A DNA stretch of 64,000 nt from positions 736,493 to 800,492 of the forward strand of contig MNCI01002384.1 of assembly GCA_015680685.1 (NCBI GenBank), read 5' to 3'. Positions 50,871 through 62,047 of the stretch are shown here, one piece after another. This stretch comes from Gnetum montanum. Its lineage: Eukaryota; Plantae; Gnetophyta. How positions within the stretch are numbered: position 1 is the stretch's first letter; every line of letters begins with the position of its first letter. The notes beneath the pieces are model-generated. The model did not search any database and was not told the origin of the DNA. It was given only the letters and a program-made list of their open reading frames with translations. A program made the position numbers and the translations under genes.

Positions 50871-53494
50871 GTAGCAAATTTCACGTTACATTTTTATAAT
50901 TAATTCAACTGAACCTTGAGTCAATAAACTGGGGATCATCCATAGAAAGCACTGTAGCTTCGTTGGAAACATCCCCAGACTAGCCTAAAAGTCTGGTCAA
51001 AGCCCTAGATTTAGAGGCCGAGGATGTAACTGAGGACCCTCTCATTAAGATACCTGTGACCACATCCAGGGGGGAGATAAAAATGTTAAAACTTAGCTCC
51101 CTCCTAGATTCATAGACGCACAAAGATGTAGCCAAAGTATTGCAGAACAACATCAAAGTATTCGTTTGGTCTTATAACTACATGCCGGGTTTAGACCCAA
51201 GGCTCATACAACACAACATTGTCTTAGATCCATGGATGAAAGCAGTGAAGCAGAAGGCTTGCATGGTTAAACCAGAGATCGCACTAGCCATACGGGATGA
51301 AATCACCAAGCTCTATTAGGCTGGTTTCATTTAGGTAGATGATTACTCAGAATGGGTGTCAAACATCGTCATAGTTTCTAAGAAAATGGGAGGGATATGT
51401 ATCTGTATAGACTTCTAGGATCTGAACAAAGCCATAATAAAGGATGACTTCCCACTACCGAGTATTGATCAACTTATTGACACTACGGTTGGTCATGCTC
51501 TATTATCCTTCATGAATGGTTTCTCCAGCTACAACCAAATTTACATCAACCAAGAGCATCAGTTAACAACAACCTTCATGACCCCATGGGGGACTTTTTG
51601 TTATACTATGATGCCCTTTGGGCTCAAAAATGCTGAAGCAACCTACCAGTGAGCCATGACATACATCTTTAGCGACTATATCTTAGAAATGCTAAACGAC
51701 TACATGGATGACATAGTGGTGAAATCTAAAGAAGTTGTTGATCATCCCAATGATATAGGTGTAGTCCTAAAGTGTTGCCAGATGCACGATTTATGCCTTA
51801 ACCCAAAGAAGTGTGTCTTCGGGGTGAAAATCAGACTCATGTTAGGGTTTGTAGTATCGGAGGTTGGAATACGAGTGGACCTTGACAAAGTCAAGACCAT
51901 CGTTAACTTAGCACCACCTACAAATCTTAAGGAATTACATGGGTTACAAGGTAGAGTACAGTTCATCAAAAGGTTTATAGCAAAGTTGACTGACAAGTTA
52001 CATCCCATGAAACATCTACTAAAGAAAGGGATTAACTTCTAATGGACAACACAATGCCAACAAGACTTTGATGATCTAAAGGAAGAGCTTTTACACCTCC
52101 CAACTGTTTACCCACCATAGAGGGATAAGCCTTTCTTCATCTACCTTGCCATGTCAGACGCATCTATCACAACACTATTATGTCAGAAATAAGATGATGG
52201 CTCTAAAATTCTAGTGTACTACCTAAGTCATGCATTGGTAGCGTATGAGGCAAGATACAATGAGGTGGAAAGAAACTTCCTTGCCTTAGTGTTTGTGTTA
52301 AAGAAGTGGAGGCATTACTTGTTTCACAGTAAAGTTAACATTATATGCAAGAGCAATGTAATCCAGGCTATCACAAATAACCTATATGAAAGTAGAAGGA
52401 TAGCCTAGTGGAAAGCCATAACAACGAAATTCGATTTGCATTATGTGAGCCAATCATCAAAAAAGGGTCAAGCTATGATAACGCAACTTACGATCTTGCC
52501 CGTCGACGATCAGGCAATCATAGATCCCAAATTCCCTGACGAGCATGTTAGCACTATCAATGCTATCCCATCGCATCTTGAAGCTACTTTGCACTTCGAT
52601 GGTGCCTCAACCATGTGAGGGGGTAGTGCAGCTGCTGTCATTGCATTCCCCTTTGGGGAAATGCAACCTTTTGCTTATCATTTTGGGTTTCCTTGTACAA
52701 ACAAAGTGGAAGAGTATGAAGGGTTACTCAGGGGCCTCTTAGCAGCCCAAGAATTAAGCATACAACACCTAGTGATTCACGGAGATTCACAACTTTTTGT
52801 GAATCAAATCACCTAAGTCTACACCTAGAAGGTTACACATCTACAGCCCTACTGCGACCTAGTGAAAAGCCTACTCAAAACTTTTGCAACAACGGACGTA
52901 CAACATGTGCCATGCAACAAAAACACCATAGCAGATGCCTTGGCCACCCTAGCATTAATCGTGTCATCACACCTATTTGCAAATTTTCCAAGTTTGATTA
53001 CTGAGTTTACGGAGCCTATCACTCAGGCAGTACACGTAGCCTTTGTTAGCGTTGCAGATACCCAGGAGTGGTACACCAACATTAAAACCTACCTGCAACA
53101 CAGTGAACCCCCAAGCAGATTGACATCTGCCTAGAGAGATGTGATCCACAAGCATGCTTGATAATACGTGCTCATGGGAGACAATGCCCTATGTAGATGC
53201 TCCTTTGATAGGATATTGCTAGCATGCGTAAATGAGGAGTAAGTGCAAAAGGTCGTTAATAAGGTACACAAGGGACTATGTGGTGGACACATAGCACCTA
53301 GGGCCATGGCTACAAAAATTAGGCACCTAGGGTACTATTGGCCTCACATGGAGCATGATTGGCTAACCAAAGTAGAGACTTGTGATACGTTCCAAAGATA
53401 TGCAAATCTCATATATGTTTCACCTATAGAGTTGCATCCAACGTAGATCACATGGCCTTTCCAACGATGGGGACTAGACATCATAAGACCTATC

Positions 53495-56400
53495 TGTTGG
53501 CACATTTGGCCATTTCATGGAATAGTAGGAATATCTTATCCAAAATTGGAACATCGTATGTTTGAAAATTTAGAAGTAAACATGTAGCTTTAAGGTTATG
53601 GGTTGATGGGTGTTTTGGAGAAGTTATTTACTGTTAAATAAAATGATGTTGAGACCAACTTGGGATACAAAATTAAAGTGCCAGATTATTCCTTTATCTT
53701 AGATTGGAAGATAGTACAATAGCAAACAAGGAATTATATTATTTACCCTGATGAAAGCATTGATCATACTTTAGATCGAAGGAAGACTTATGAAGGCAGG
53801 CCTTCTTATTGGTCAAGTAAAGGATTAGTTGATACAAAGGCTCCTGAGACATTGACATACAGGATGCACACAAACTTGTCGATCATACATGAAGTTCAAA
53901 TACGACCCTTTAAAGCTTATTTTCATAGGGGATCTCTAATATATTCAGCCATGAAAATTCATTTTCACTTTGGGCATTGGGCTTCATCATTTTAAAAAGA
54001 AGAGGAGACTCTAGCTAATACAACTAAAAAAGAAGGGAAGACTCTAGCTGATGCAATTGATAAATCATCATCGGAAAAATACATTTAGACTTATGTGTTA
54101 CCAGAATATGCCATGCTTTAGGAGGACAAGTTGTAGGCTTTCACACTTCCTCACCCAGTATTATGCATTGGAAACATACTGCAAATTGAACTCACGGGAA
54201 GGGTTCAAGTTTAGGAATTTGACGGACTATATTATATCTGCATATGCCATGTGCATGTTGTTGGGAGACCCATTTCAACCTTGGACTTTGCTTTTATTGA
54301 GCATTCAAGAAAGTATGTCTTAACAAATTATGAAGAGCAACATCCTCTTGCGGATTTTAAGAATGCATCTTTCGTTGACATGGATGAAGATGAAGATAAT
54401 TCTATCAAACAAGACACCCAAATCAGAGCTAGGAGGATTCACAGAATGCTACATCATATAACAATGGCAGATTTAAATGGTGATTATTAGTTGGAATTGG
54501 ACAATGAAGATTTTCTCCTTTAAGTTCATATGAGATTCATTCAGCCATGGTTATGTGAAGGTTGATATATTTGACTTTTTCCTGTTATCAAATGTCATCA
54601 ACGGCATCATTATCCTCCTAGGATGTGAACTTAGAGTGGATACACTTTTCTTTTGTGTAGTCTTTAGTTTCTGCTTGTTTAATTTTATTAGGCTATTTCA
54701 TGCACCTTGTGAAAGTACCCAGTTGGGAAACATTGGATGAATGGCTGTTACATGAACCCAAACTGCAGCAGACTAGAAATAAAATGCTCTCCAATCTTTG
54801 CTCTATGGGCAAATCCCATACCAAAATCCAAACTAGGATATTATACAAATTCAAATCATTTACTATAGACATTCTGTCGAACACTTGCTGCATCTAGGGA
54901 AAAATGCCAAAACCCTAGCTCACGCAGTTGTTGGCAACACAAACAGAACCCAAACTGTACAGGTGTATAGCAAATTTATAGGCCTCCATCAACGACATCG
55001 TGCTCATGGACGACAACATCGGTGCTTTCACCATGGCATGAGCACGATGCGCTAGGGCATGTGCACCGCTGGAAGGTCTATGATTTTTGGCAGCATTTTG
55101 CTGGCCATGATCGAAGGCGACAGTGGAGAGGGAGGCAGCGGCACCAGCACGCTGTTATTTATGTACACTGACAAAAACACGCGGCCGCGGTGGTCATGAA
55201 AATGGGTACAAAGGACTCTATCGATGTTTGTCGTTGAGAACGATACCCTTAGCCCAGTCTTTATAGCCAATCTCCTGTGATAGATATTTTTCAATGAATT
55301 CCACCAGGATTGAAACAAAAATGGATATAAAAAACATTCGTCTCTGCCTGGCCGCGGCCGCGATATGGTGTTATTGAGGTAAGTCTAATAATAATAAAAT
55401 CCCACTATTTCCTGGGCAAAGGCTACCATGGTAGCAGTTACGCTGAACTAGCTGCTGCTTGTGAAGTCTGAAGCGAGTCCCCCACCGCTGCACCAGTCTT
55501 CAAGGTTTCTGGTTTTCAATGCCATTGGTGGAGGATGGGCTTGAATCCCTTATTCTTGAACGTCTGTCCATGGACTATAGAAAAAATAGAAAAATCTAAG
55601 CTTGGATTCACTGTGTTTTTAGTAGGAATTATTTCAGCAAAATTTTTGAATCAATATGTGGAGGTCCCACTGTTTATGTCGGAATTATTATTGGATATAA
55701 CTACCATGGCATAGCATTTCATTTTAATACATTTTGCAGGTTTAAACCCTTCAACTTGCAGATGATTTGGACAAACAGAGGTTGATGGCAGGCAAGAAAT
55801 AAACCATGGGTCCCAAGCATAAGATAGATGGACAAATATTACACATGTACATATATATTTATATATTAACCCATCCATGTATGGAAAAACTCCATGGTTA
55901 CTATCTCTCTATCACTATGATTTAGATAAAATTTTCATGATTTAGAAAGGAAAAGAAAATTTAAAGGACTTTTGTATAACATCATTTGTAAAGAAGACAT
56001 TTGGCTATTATCCCTTTTATTCCTATGGAAGTTGTAACTTCCTATGATAGTTACAACTATAATATTTATAACTAATTTTAATTTGGATTATCATGAAGAC
56101 ACTTGGCAACTACATGGGACACTTATCAACTGTAGCCTTTTTTATCTCTATAGTGGTTACAAACATCCAAGATTTTTTGTAACTTACCTAACTTGTTGGG
56201 CAAGTAACCTCTTAACTTGTTGGCCAAGTTACTTGGGAGAGAAGTTAGGTAAGATATTTTTGAATATGTAACTACCTTTGAACTTTATAAAAAGGCTTCA
56301 GGGGTAAGAAGAGATATCATCACTTGAGGTCTCACACATCACACTTGGGATCTTGGAAGATTTGTAAAGAAGATTGCTTATTAAAGAAAAGATTTCAGCC

Positions 56401-57478
56401 TCTTTGTCATGGTCCTGTGAGTTATGTATTTTATTTTTTATTTTGTTTAAATTGTTTAGCTAGTGGTTTAGATAGTATCATCCTTGGCAAGTAATTTTGG
56501 GATTTTTAGATTGCTCTTATTGTTCTTGTTGCCCAATAGAAAATTTTTGTTAAAATTTTGCCATGGAAGTGCTTGTGTTTAAAAGCCTTAAGAGCATTTT
56601 AGTAGTAAATTTTGTTATTGTGCAACGTATAAGAACCACTATTGGGATTGTTGTAAGAGAGCCTCTATTTGTAGTCATGCTGTTGAACGATTCAATAGTC
56701 AAGAGGGTTCTATAAATCTTTGGTATTTTGATGGGACCAGAATAGCTTCTTTTTATCTTTAAAGTGAATCTCCATGGTATTTCAATTAGAAATTTTCAGG
56801 TCTTTTGAAGGTTCTATTGAATGCAATTGTTGACGTCCATTATCTAGCCAAAATGGAGTCTCGTACGTGGTATTTTACGTAGCAATTTTTTGGTAGCATA
56901 GTAGGATTGTCTTGAAGAAATTGCTTATTTGAGCCTTGGAAGTTTGAACAATTCATAGATATTTAATTTGGGATAGCTTTATTGCGAAGTGTTTACTCGT
57001 GTCATTTTACCTTGTTTAAATATTTGAGGTCTACACAAATCTACTTTTCTTTTCTGTTTATTTCCATCGAATCTTACTCTATTTCTAGTTTTCTTGTGGA
57101 ACTATCTCTTCTCTTAGGAAAATTAGAAGTAGATTCGCAGAGTTGTGCTCAAATGTTTTTGCAAAATTTTATTTGTTACAAGTAGGTATTATAAGGACCA
57201 CGTAGACTAGGCAGTTGAACAAAATAGGAAACTTTCAACAACTCATAGTACTTGGCAAAGTTGGCTGAATCTCTTTAAAGTAAGTCATTTGTAGTTTACA
57301 CACAATGCAATCGCTTCATTTTTCCCAACCGCACGCTGCAACAGCACACACACATACTCACATTAACTACTGAGTTTATTTGGAGGTATCTGGGCCTTGG
57401 TGTTGCCAGAGACCAACAGGCACCTAAATCCTATTCGAGAACACTCGTTGGTGGTCGTGTCCCAAACGGTCGCCAACA
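53495..57478 (+). mobile_element. 3.98-kb solo LTR inserted in integrase
   Basis: TGTTGGC...GCCAACA inverted termini; perfect TSD CTATC (53490-53494 / 57479-57483); integrase rejoins in frame when it is removed; no PBS/pol inside; TATAAAAAG ~56286. Confidence 0.92.
53702..54523 (+). pseudogene. Captured F-box gene fragment (At4g00755-like C-terminal domain), intron-free, in LTR U3
   Basis: Single frame: YPDESIDHTL..RPSYWSSKG..APETLTY..IHEVQIRPFKAYFHRGSLIYSA..FHFGH..YI*TYVLPEYAML*EDKL*AFTLPHPVLCIGNILQIELTGRVQV*EFDGLYYICICHVHVVGRPIS. Confidence 0.85.
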
Positions 57479-58309
57479 CTATCACACCTAAGTCTTCCGC
57501 AGGGCATAGTTTCATCATCACCACCACCGAGTATTTTACAAAGTGGGTGGAGGCTATTCCCCTAAGGAAGACTGCATCCCAACAGGTTTTCCACTTCATC
57601 TTAGATAACATCGTGACAAGGTTTGGGCTTCCCATGACTATTGTGATCGACAATGGGCCACAGTTCAGTAGTGCGGAAACCAAAACCTTCTGTAGCAATC
57701 TTGACATTAGGAAATCATTCTCCTCGCCATACTACCCATAGGCAAATAGACAAGTAGAAGCTACGAACAAGTCCATCATCAACTTGCTTAAGAAAATGCT
57801 TAACAATAATAAGAGAAGATGGCACAAGCAAATCCTCTATGTGTTGTGGGCTTACAAGATGATGTGCAGGACTACAATAGGTAAGACACCTTATAGTCTT
57901 CTTTATGGATCTGAAGTGATGTTACCTCTTGAGCTGTAGGTACTATTACTTCGAATGATCCTGTCAAACATCTTGAGCGAATCCCAGAACAACGAGTCAA
58001 GGATCATTGACCTCGACTCAATAGAGGAGGAGCACACACAGAAACCTGGTCGCATAGGGAAATATTAGAATAAGCAACAGTAGAAGCATCATGAAAACCC
58101 TTGTCAATGTCCAATACAAAAGGGATACCTCATTCTGAAGGCTGTCTATGAGCATATGAACAAATTCTCAGCAAACTGAGAAGGTCCATTCATGATCACA
58201 AAAGCCTTTGGGAACAGGGCCTTCAAGCTAGCAGACATGGATGACAACGAGTTTGTAAATCCTGTGAATCATTCATACCTCAAGCCATACTAGACTTGAT
58301 GCAAGTGTA

Positions 58310-58810
58310 AGGCAAGCAAAATATCTGCTATGATGTAAAATTGGCAAAGGTAAGCAATCATGTGCTATGACGTAAAATTTGCAAAGCTTGTCCGCTACGA
58401 TGTAAAACTGGCACAGATCGTCTCCTACGATGTAAAACTGGCCAAGGTAGTCTGCTATGACTATAAACTGGCACAGACTATCCATCATGATGTAAAACTG
58501 GCCAAGCACATCTGCTACAATGTTAAACTGACATAGATGGTTTGCTATGACTTTAAATTGGCCTATCCACCATCCACTATGATGTTAAAGTAGCACTACA
58601 GTCTGCTAGGAACTTAAACTAGCATAGGCACCATCTGCTATGATGTTAAACTAGCACTACGGTCTACTAGGGCCTTAAACTAGCACAACGATCATCTGCT
58701 ATGACGTTAAACTAGGACAACAGTTTGCTAAGACCTTAAACTAGTGCACCACGGTCTACTGAGACCTTAAACCAGCACATCAGATGGTCTACTAGGACCT
58801 TAAATTGGGT
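58310..58810. repeat. 3' UTR tandem array (~30-40-bp units CTGCTAYGAYGTAAAACTGGC grading into GACCTTAAACTAGC)
   Basis: About 14 visible copies right after the integrase stop. Confidence 0.9.
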
Positions 58811-60187
58811 TCGTGGAACATCCCCAGCATGCATCTACAATCATCAAACATGCGAGTCTGCACACCTGCCAAGACGAGGTGGGACGTTGCAGTTCCTGAA
58901 TGCAATTCATGATGCTAAGAAAACACCCTTAGGAACATATGCAATGCCACTAACCTTGTCATCTTGCTGATCCTCCGGAGATGTCTTATGACATCTTGCT
59001 AACTCTCTGGAGCTACCGCCATGATGACTCATCACCTTGGTAGTAGCTTCCCTGGTTAGCACTTGCTACTAGAGTTCCAGCAGTATTGTGGCCCAGCCAT
59101 AATGTTGCTATCCTCCAGCCCCCGTCGTCGTCCAAGCTCAAAAGATGTTTAGATGTTGGGTAGCTAATCTCACAGCCAAAATGCATAATGTTTGCCTTGG
59201 GCGGGGATTCTTGAGCACTCACATCACCACAATTCCTAGCTGCCTCGGTGCCAACTTTTCCACGTTGATGCTGTGACAACCACCGTTGGCCTTTCTAGTT
59301 TGGGTATGTTGCATGGCTCAACAACAACATCAGTTGCTCCAACAATGTCCAAAGCAAGTAAAACCTCCACCTTCATTTTGCATTATGGTTTTTTCTTCTA
59401 GTTTGCTCTCTATTTTATTTGTAGGAAATGTGTAGGAGGGGTGTCAGTCACAGGTGCATTTCACCAAGTCGACAGGGTGCTACATCATTCTAAAGTGGTT
59501 TTCTTGACTAGCTTGGCTAGTTGGGACTGCACATCCTATCCTCCCTTCCTTTAACCTCTTTTACATCATTCCTTGTACCAGTAATTCTCCCTGTCACACT
59601 TCCCTTTTACGATTTTTTCCTAATGCTTGTAAAGCCCTCCCATATGCTCAACCTCAAAGTCCATGATGCATGTAACACAACTCGCTGCATGGGAAGCATC
59701 CATAGGCAGGTTAAAGCCCCATGTGAATGTAACAAAACTCATACTAGGAAAGAAACACCTATCCTATGACAAGGTTGTTTGCAAATGTAAATGGTAGAAC
59801 AACAAAAGAAAAAGCATAAAAGAGCAAAAGCTCACGCAAAAAAAAGCATGCCCAAAATGAGTGGCACATTAGCTGTTCTACGGTGACCCTCTCTAAGCAT
59901 TCCGACGAGAGGTCAAAGGTCAGCAAAATCAAAGATGACCATGCAAAAGACTCCCTCACAAGCACTCCAACGAAGGATCTTACCAAGTCTCATCTTTACC
60001 ATTTTTCTGAACCTCCTTCTCCCCCCAATTCAATCCTTCCTCTTTGCCTGCATAACCAATCCAACACTCTCAAGCATAGCTAAGAAACATCTTGGCGATA
60101 ACTAAGGGATTGATGTTAGCATCTTGTCTTTTGTGGTGTTTTGTATTCTTTGTCAATGCCTCTTGGGTCCGTTCTCCAGACGTCGAC

Positions 60188-60200
60188 AAAGAGGGGCCAA
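60188..60200 (+). other. PPT of Tat element
   Basis: AAAGAGGGGCCAA directly before TGAAGCACCC. Confidence 0.85.
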
Positions 60201-62042
60201 TGAAGCACCCTAAAATTTTGAGATCCTCTTACTTCACCAGGGTCTTTGAATCCAGGCAAGGGATTTCCACAAGTGTGGTGTCACGATAGTTTGATAGGAA
60301 ATGAATGCTTTGAGTTTAGACTGTCCAGTTCGGTAAATTTTCTACTTCCAGTGTTGATAGACCCAATGAACTCTCTAGCCTGCCCTCCTGGACCATTCAC
60401 CCAGCTAACAGGCTACTCAGTAACCATGCATGAAGTTGTCGGCGATGCTCAGGCTATGTAAAATAGTTTGACAATTTTTCTAGTGAAGAAGTTTGCTACG
60501 CTATGCTATGCTATGTAGTGTAGGAGGCCTCAAAAGATAGTTGCTAAGGTGATCAAGTACAAAATATTGTAGAATAGACCGCTATGTTATGCTACACTAC
60601 GTAGCATAGCACAACGTAGCAAAAGGTAAGACAGAAAGGCCCAAATTACCTAGTGATTCCAATTGCACTTGGCAAGCATTCCAGCCTTCAAAACTAGTTG
60701 CCTTGATCAACTTCAAGTCCTTCAGCAAGATCTCTTACTAGAAAGTGGCAGATTGAACAAAGAAGCAGGATTAGCTGGATGCTATGCTATGCTATGCTAC
60801 ACAGCGTAGCATAGCATAGCGACAATGCAAGAGTAGCAAGAAAGGCTTCAAGTGCAAGTTTTGCAGGTTCAGAGCCTCCTCTTAGCAAAAGGCAAAAGTT
60901 GTAGCTGTTAACATGGTCAAAACTTTAAACAAGTGTTTGCAACTTCAACATGAGTCGTAGATAAGGTTGCTACTATGCTATGCTATGCTACGTAGCATAG
61001 CATAGTGTAGCAAGGATGCAAGTCAAACAAAGTGTTGCGAAAGTTAAATCGATGTGCGCTGAAGCTTTCGGCAGATACGGTTAACTTCAATGCCAATTTC
61101 TTCTTCAAACTGGTGGCTACACTATGGTATGCTACATAGCGTAGCAAGCCACTACGTGATGCCAACATGCTATGCTACATTGTGTAGCAAAGCGTAGTAG
61201 GAAGCTATGCTACTTCAGTGTGTTTCATTCCTCATCTGCATTGTTGGCATACTTGATTCCAGCATCTCCAGTTTTGACAGCGTAATTGCAGGGTAGTAGG
61301 CTCATCAATCAGCTTTGCATGTTCATGTAGCATGGACACATCAACATCTTGTAGGTCCAGGACATGTGGCATTCAGGTTGCATTTCTCATGTGTTCCTAG
61401 TCCTATAAATACCTTGAAAAGCAATGCTCAAAGGGTTAGCAAAAAAATTGTTGGTTGGCAAAAATTGGTTAGCAAATTTGAGCAGGGTTGGAAAATTTGA
61501 GCATTGTTAGCATTCGTTGTTGACAAATTGGAAAAAATTAAAATGGTTGGCATTTTTGCTCGACATTCTATTAGCTCCTTTTTGCTATCTTTTTAGCACT
61601 TTGCATTGTTGGCTTTTGAGTCCACGTTCAAGAATATAGTTGGCCTACTTTGAATGCTCTGGTTACCTTTGGGATCTCTGTGCTTCCTAGTGTTGCACAA
61701 CCAATTGTATCCACTTCAACAAAGTAAAGCTGTGATCTTGAGGTGGTGCATTCCCTAACTCTTGTTCACTTTAAATTCCTGCTCATTATTATTGCATCTT
61801 ACATCATTTTTCACTTCGTTGCATTTATTAATTTATATATTACGTTACAAACATTGCTTCTACATTACACGTTTACGAAAGGTTAAGTGACACTGACTAA
61901 GTCCCTGTTTGATCGACCGGACCATTCAGGGAATCCCATTTTCATTTTTAATCCAGCATAGCCCTCACACAGATCCAAGGTTAAGACTGTTCGCCCGATA
62001 ACCTCTCAGTGTTTCTAGCCACCAACGGTTTCAGTCACTACA
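60201..62042 (+). repeat. 3' LTR of Tat element
   Basis: Collinear with 39282-41097. Confidence 0.93.
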
Positions 62043-62047
62043 TTGGG

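Larger units (their letters stand above)
50948..58293 (+). pseudogene. pol: Tat RT-RNaseH-archaeal RNaseH-integrase pseudogene (INT split at 53495-57478)
   Basis: WSYNYMPGLD, DFPLPSIDQL, MPFGLKNA, YMDDIVVKS; aRH LHFDGAS..EEYEGL..IHGDSQL..ADALA; VHKGLCGGH..GYYWP; WGLDIIRPI|TPKSSAGH..YFTKWVEA..DNGPQF. Confidence 0.93.
39282..62042 (+). mobile_element. Ty3/Gypsy Tat/Ogre-like element, 22.8 kb including a nested solo LTR
   Basis: LTR pair 39282-41097 / 60201-62042, TSD TTGGT/TTGGG, PBS, PPT AAAGAGGGGCCAA, gag-PR-(5.7 kb)-RT-RH-aRH-INT. Confidence 0.92.

Noticed and set aside
45142-50947. Independent nested TE between protease and RT
   Set aside because: No TG..CA termini, TIRs or TSD found by eye, and it shares motifs with the host element's LTR and 3' UTR; not fully excluded without other copies
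53702-54523. Functional host F-box gene
   Set aside because: Several in-frame stops, no intact F-box motif or start, and it lies inside a TSD-flanked LTR
58310-58810. CRISPR-like repeat/spacer appearance (also 50590-50870)
   Set aside because: Repeats are degenerate, spacers are short and mutually similar, there are no cas genes, and it lies in a plant retrotransposon UTR
59000-60180. Additional antisense ORF in the Tat 3' UTR
   Set aside because: Only short ORFs (<90 aa) with no recognisable motifs or consistent splice pattern
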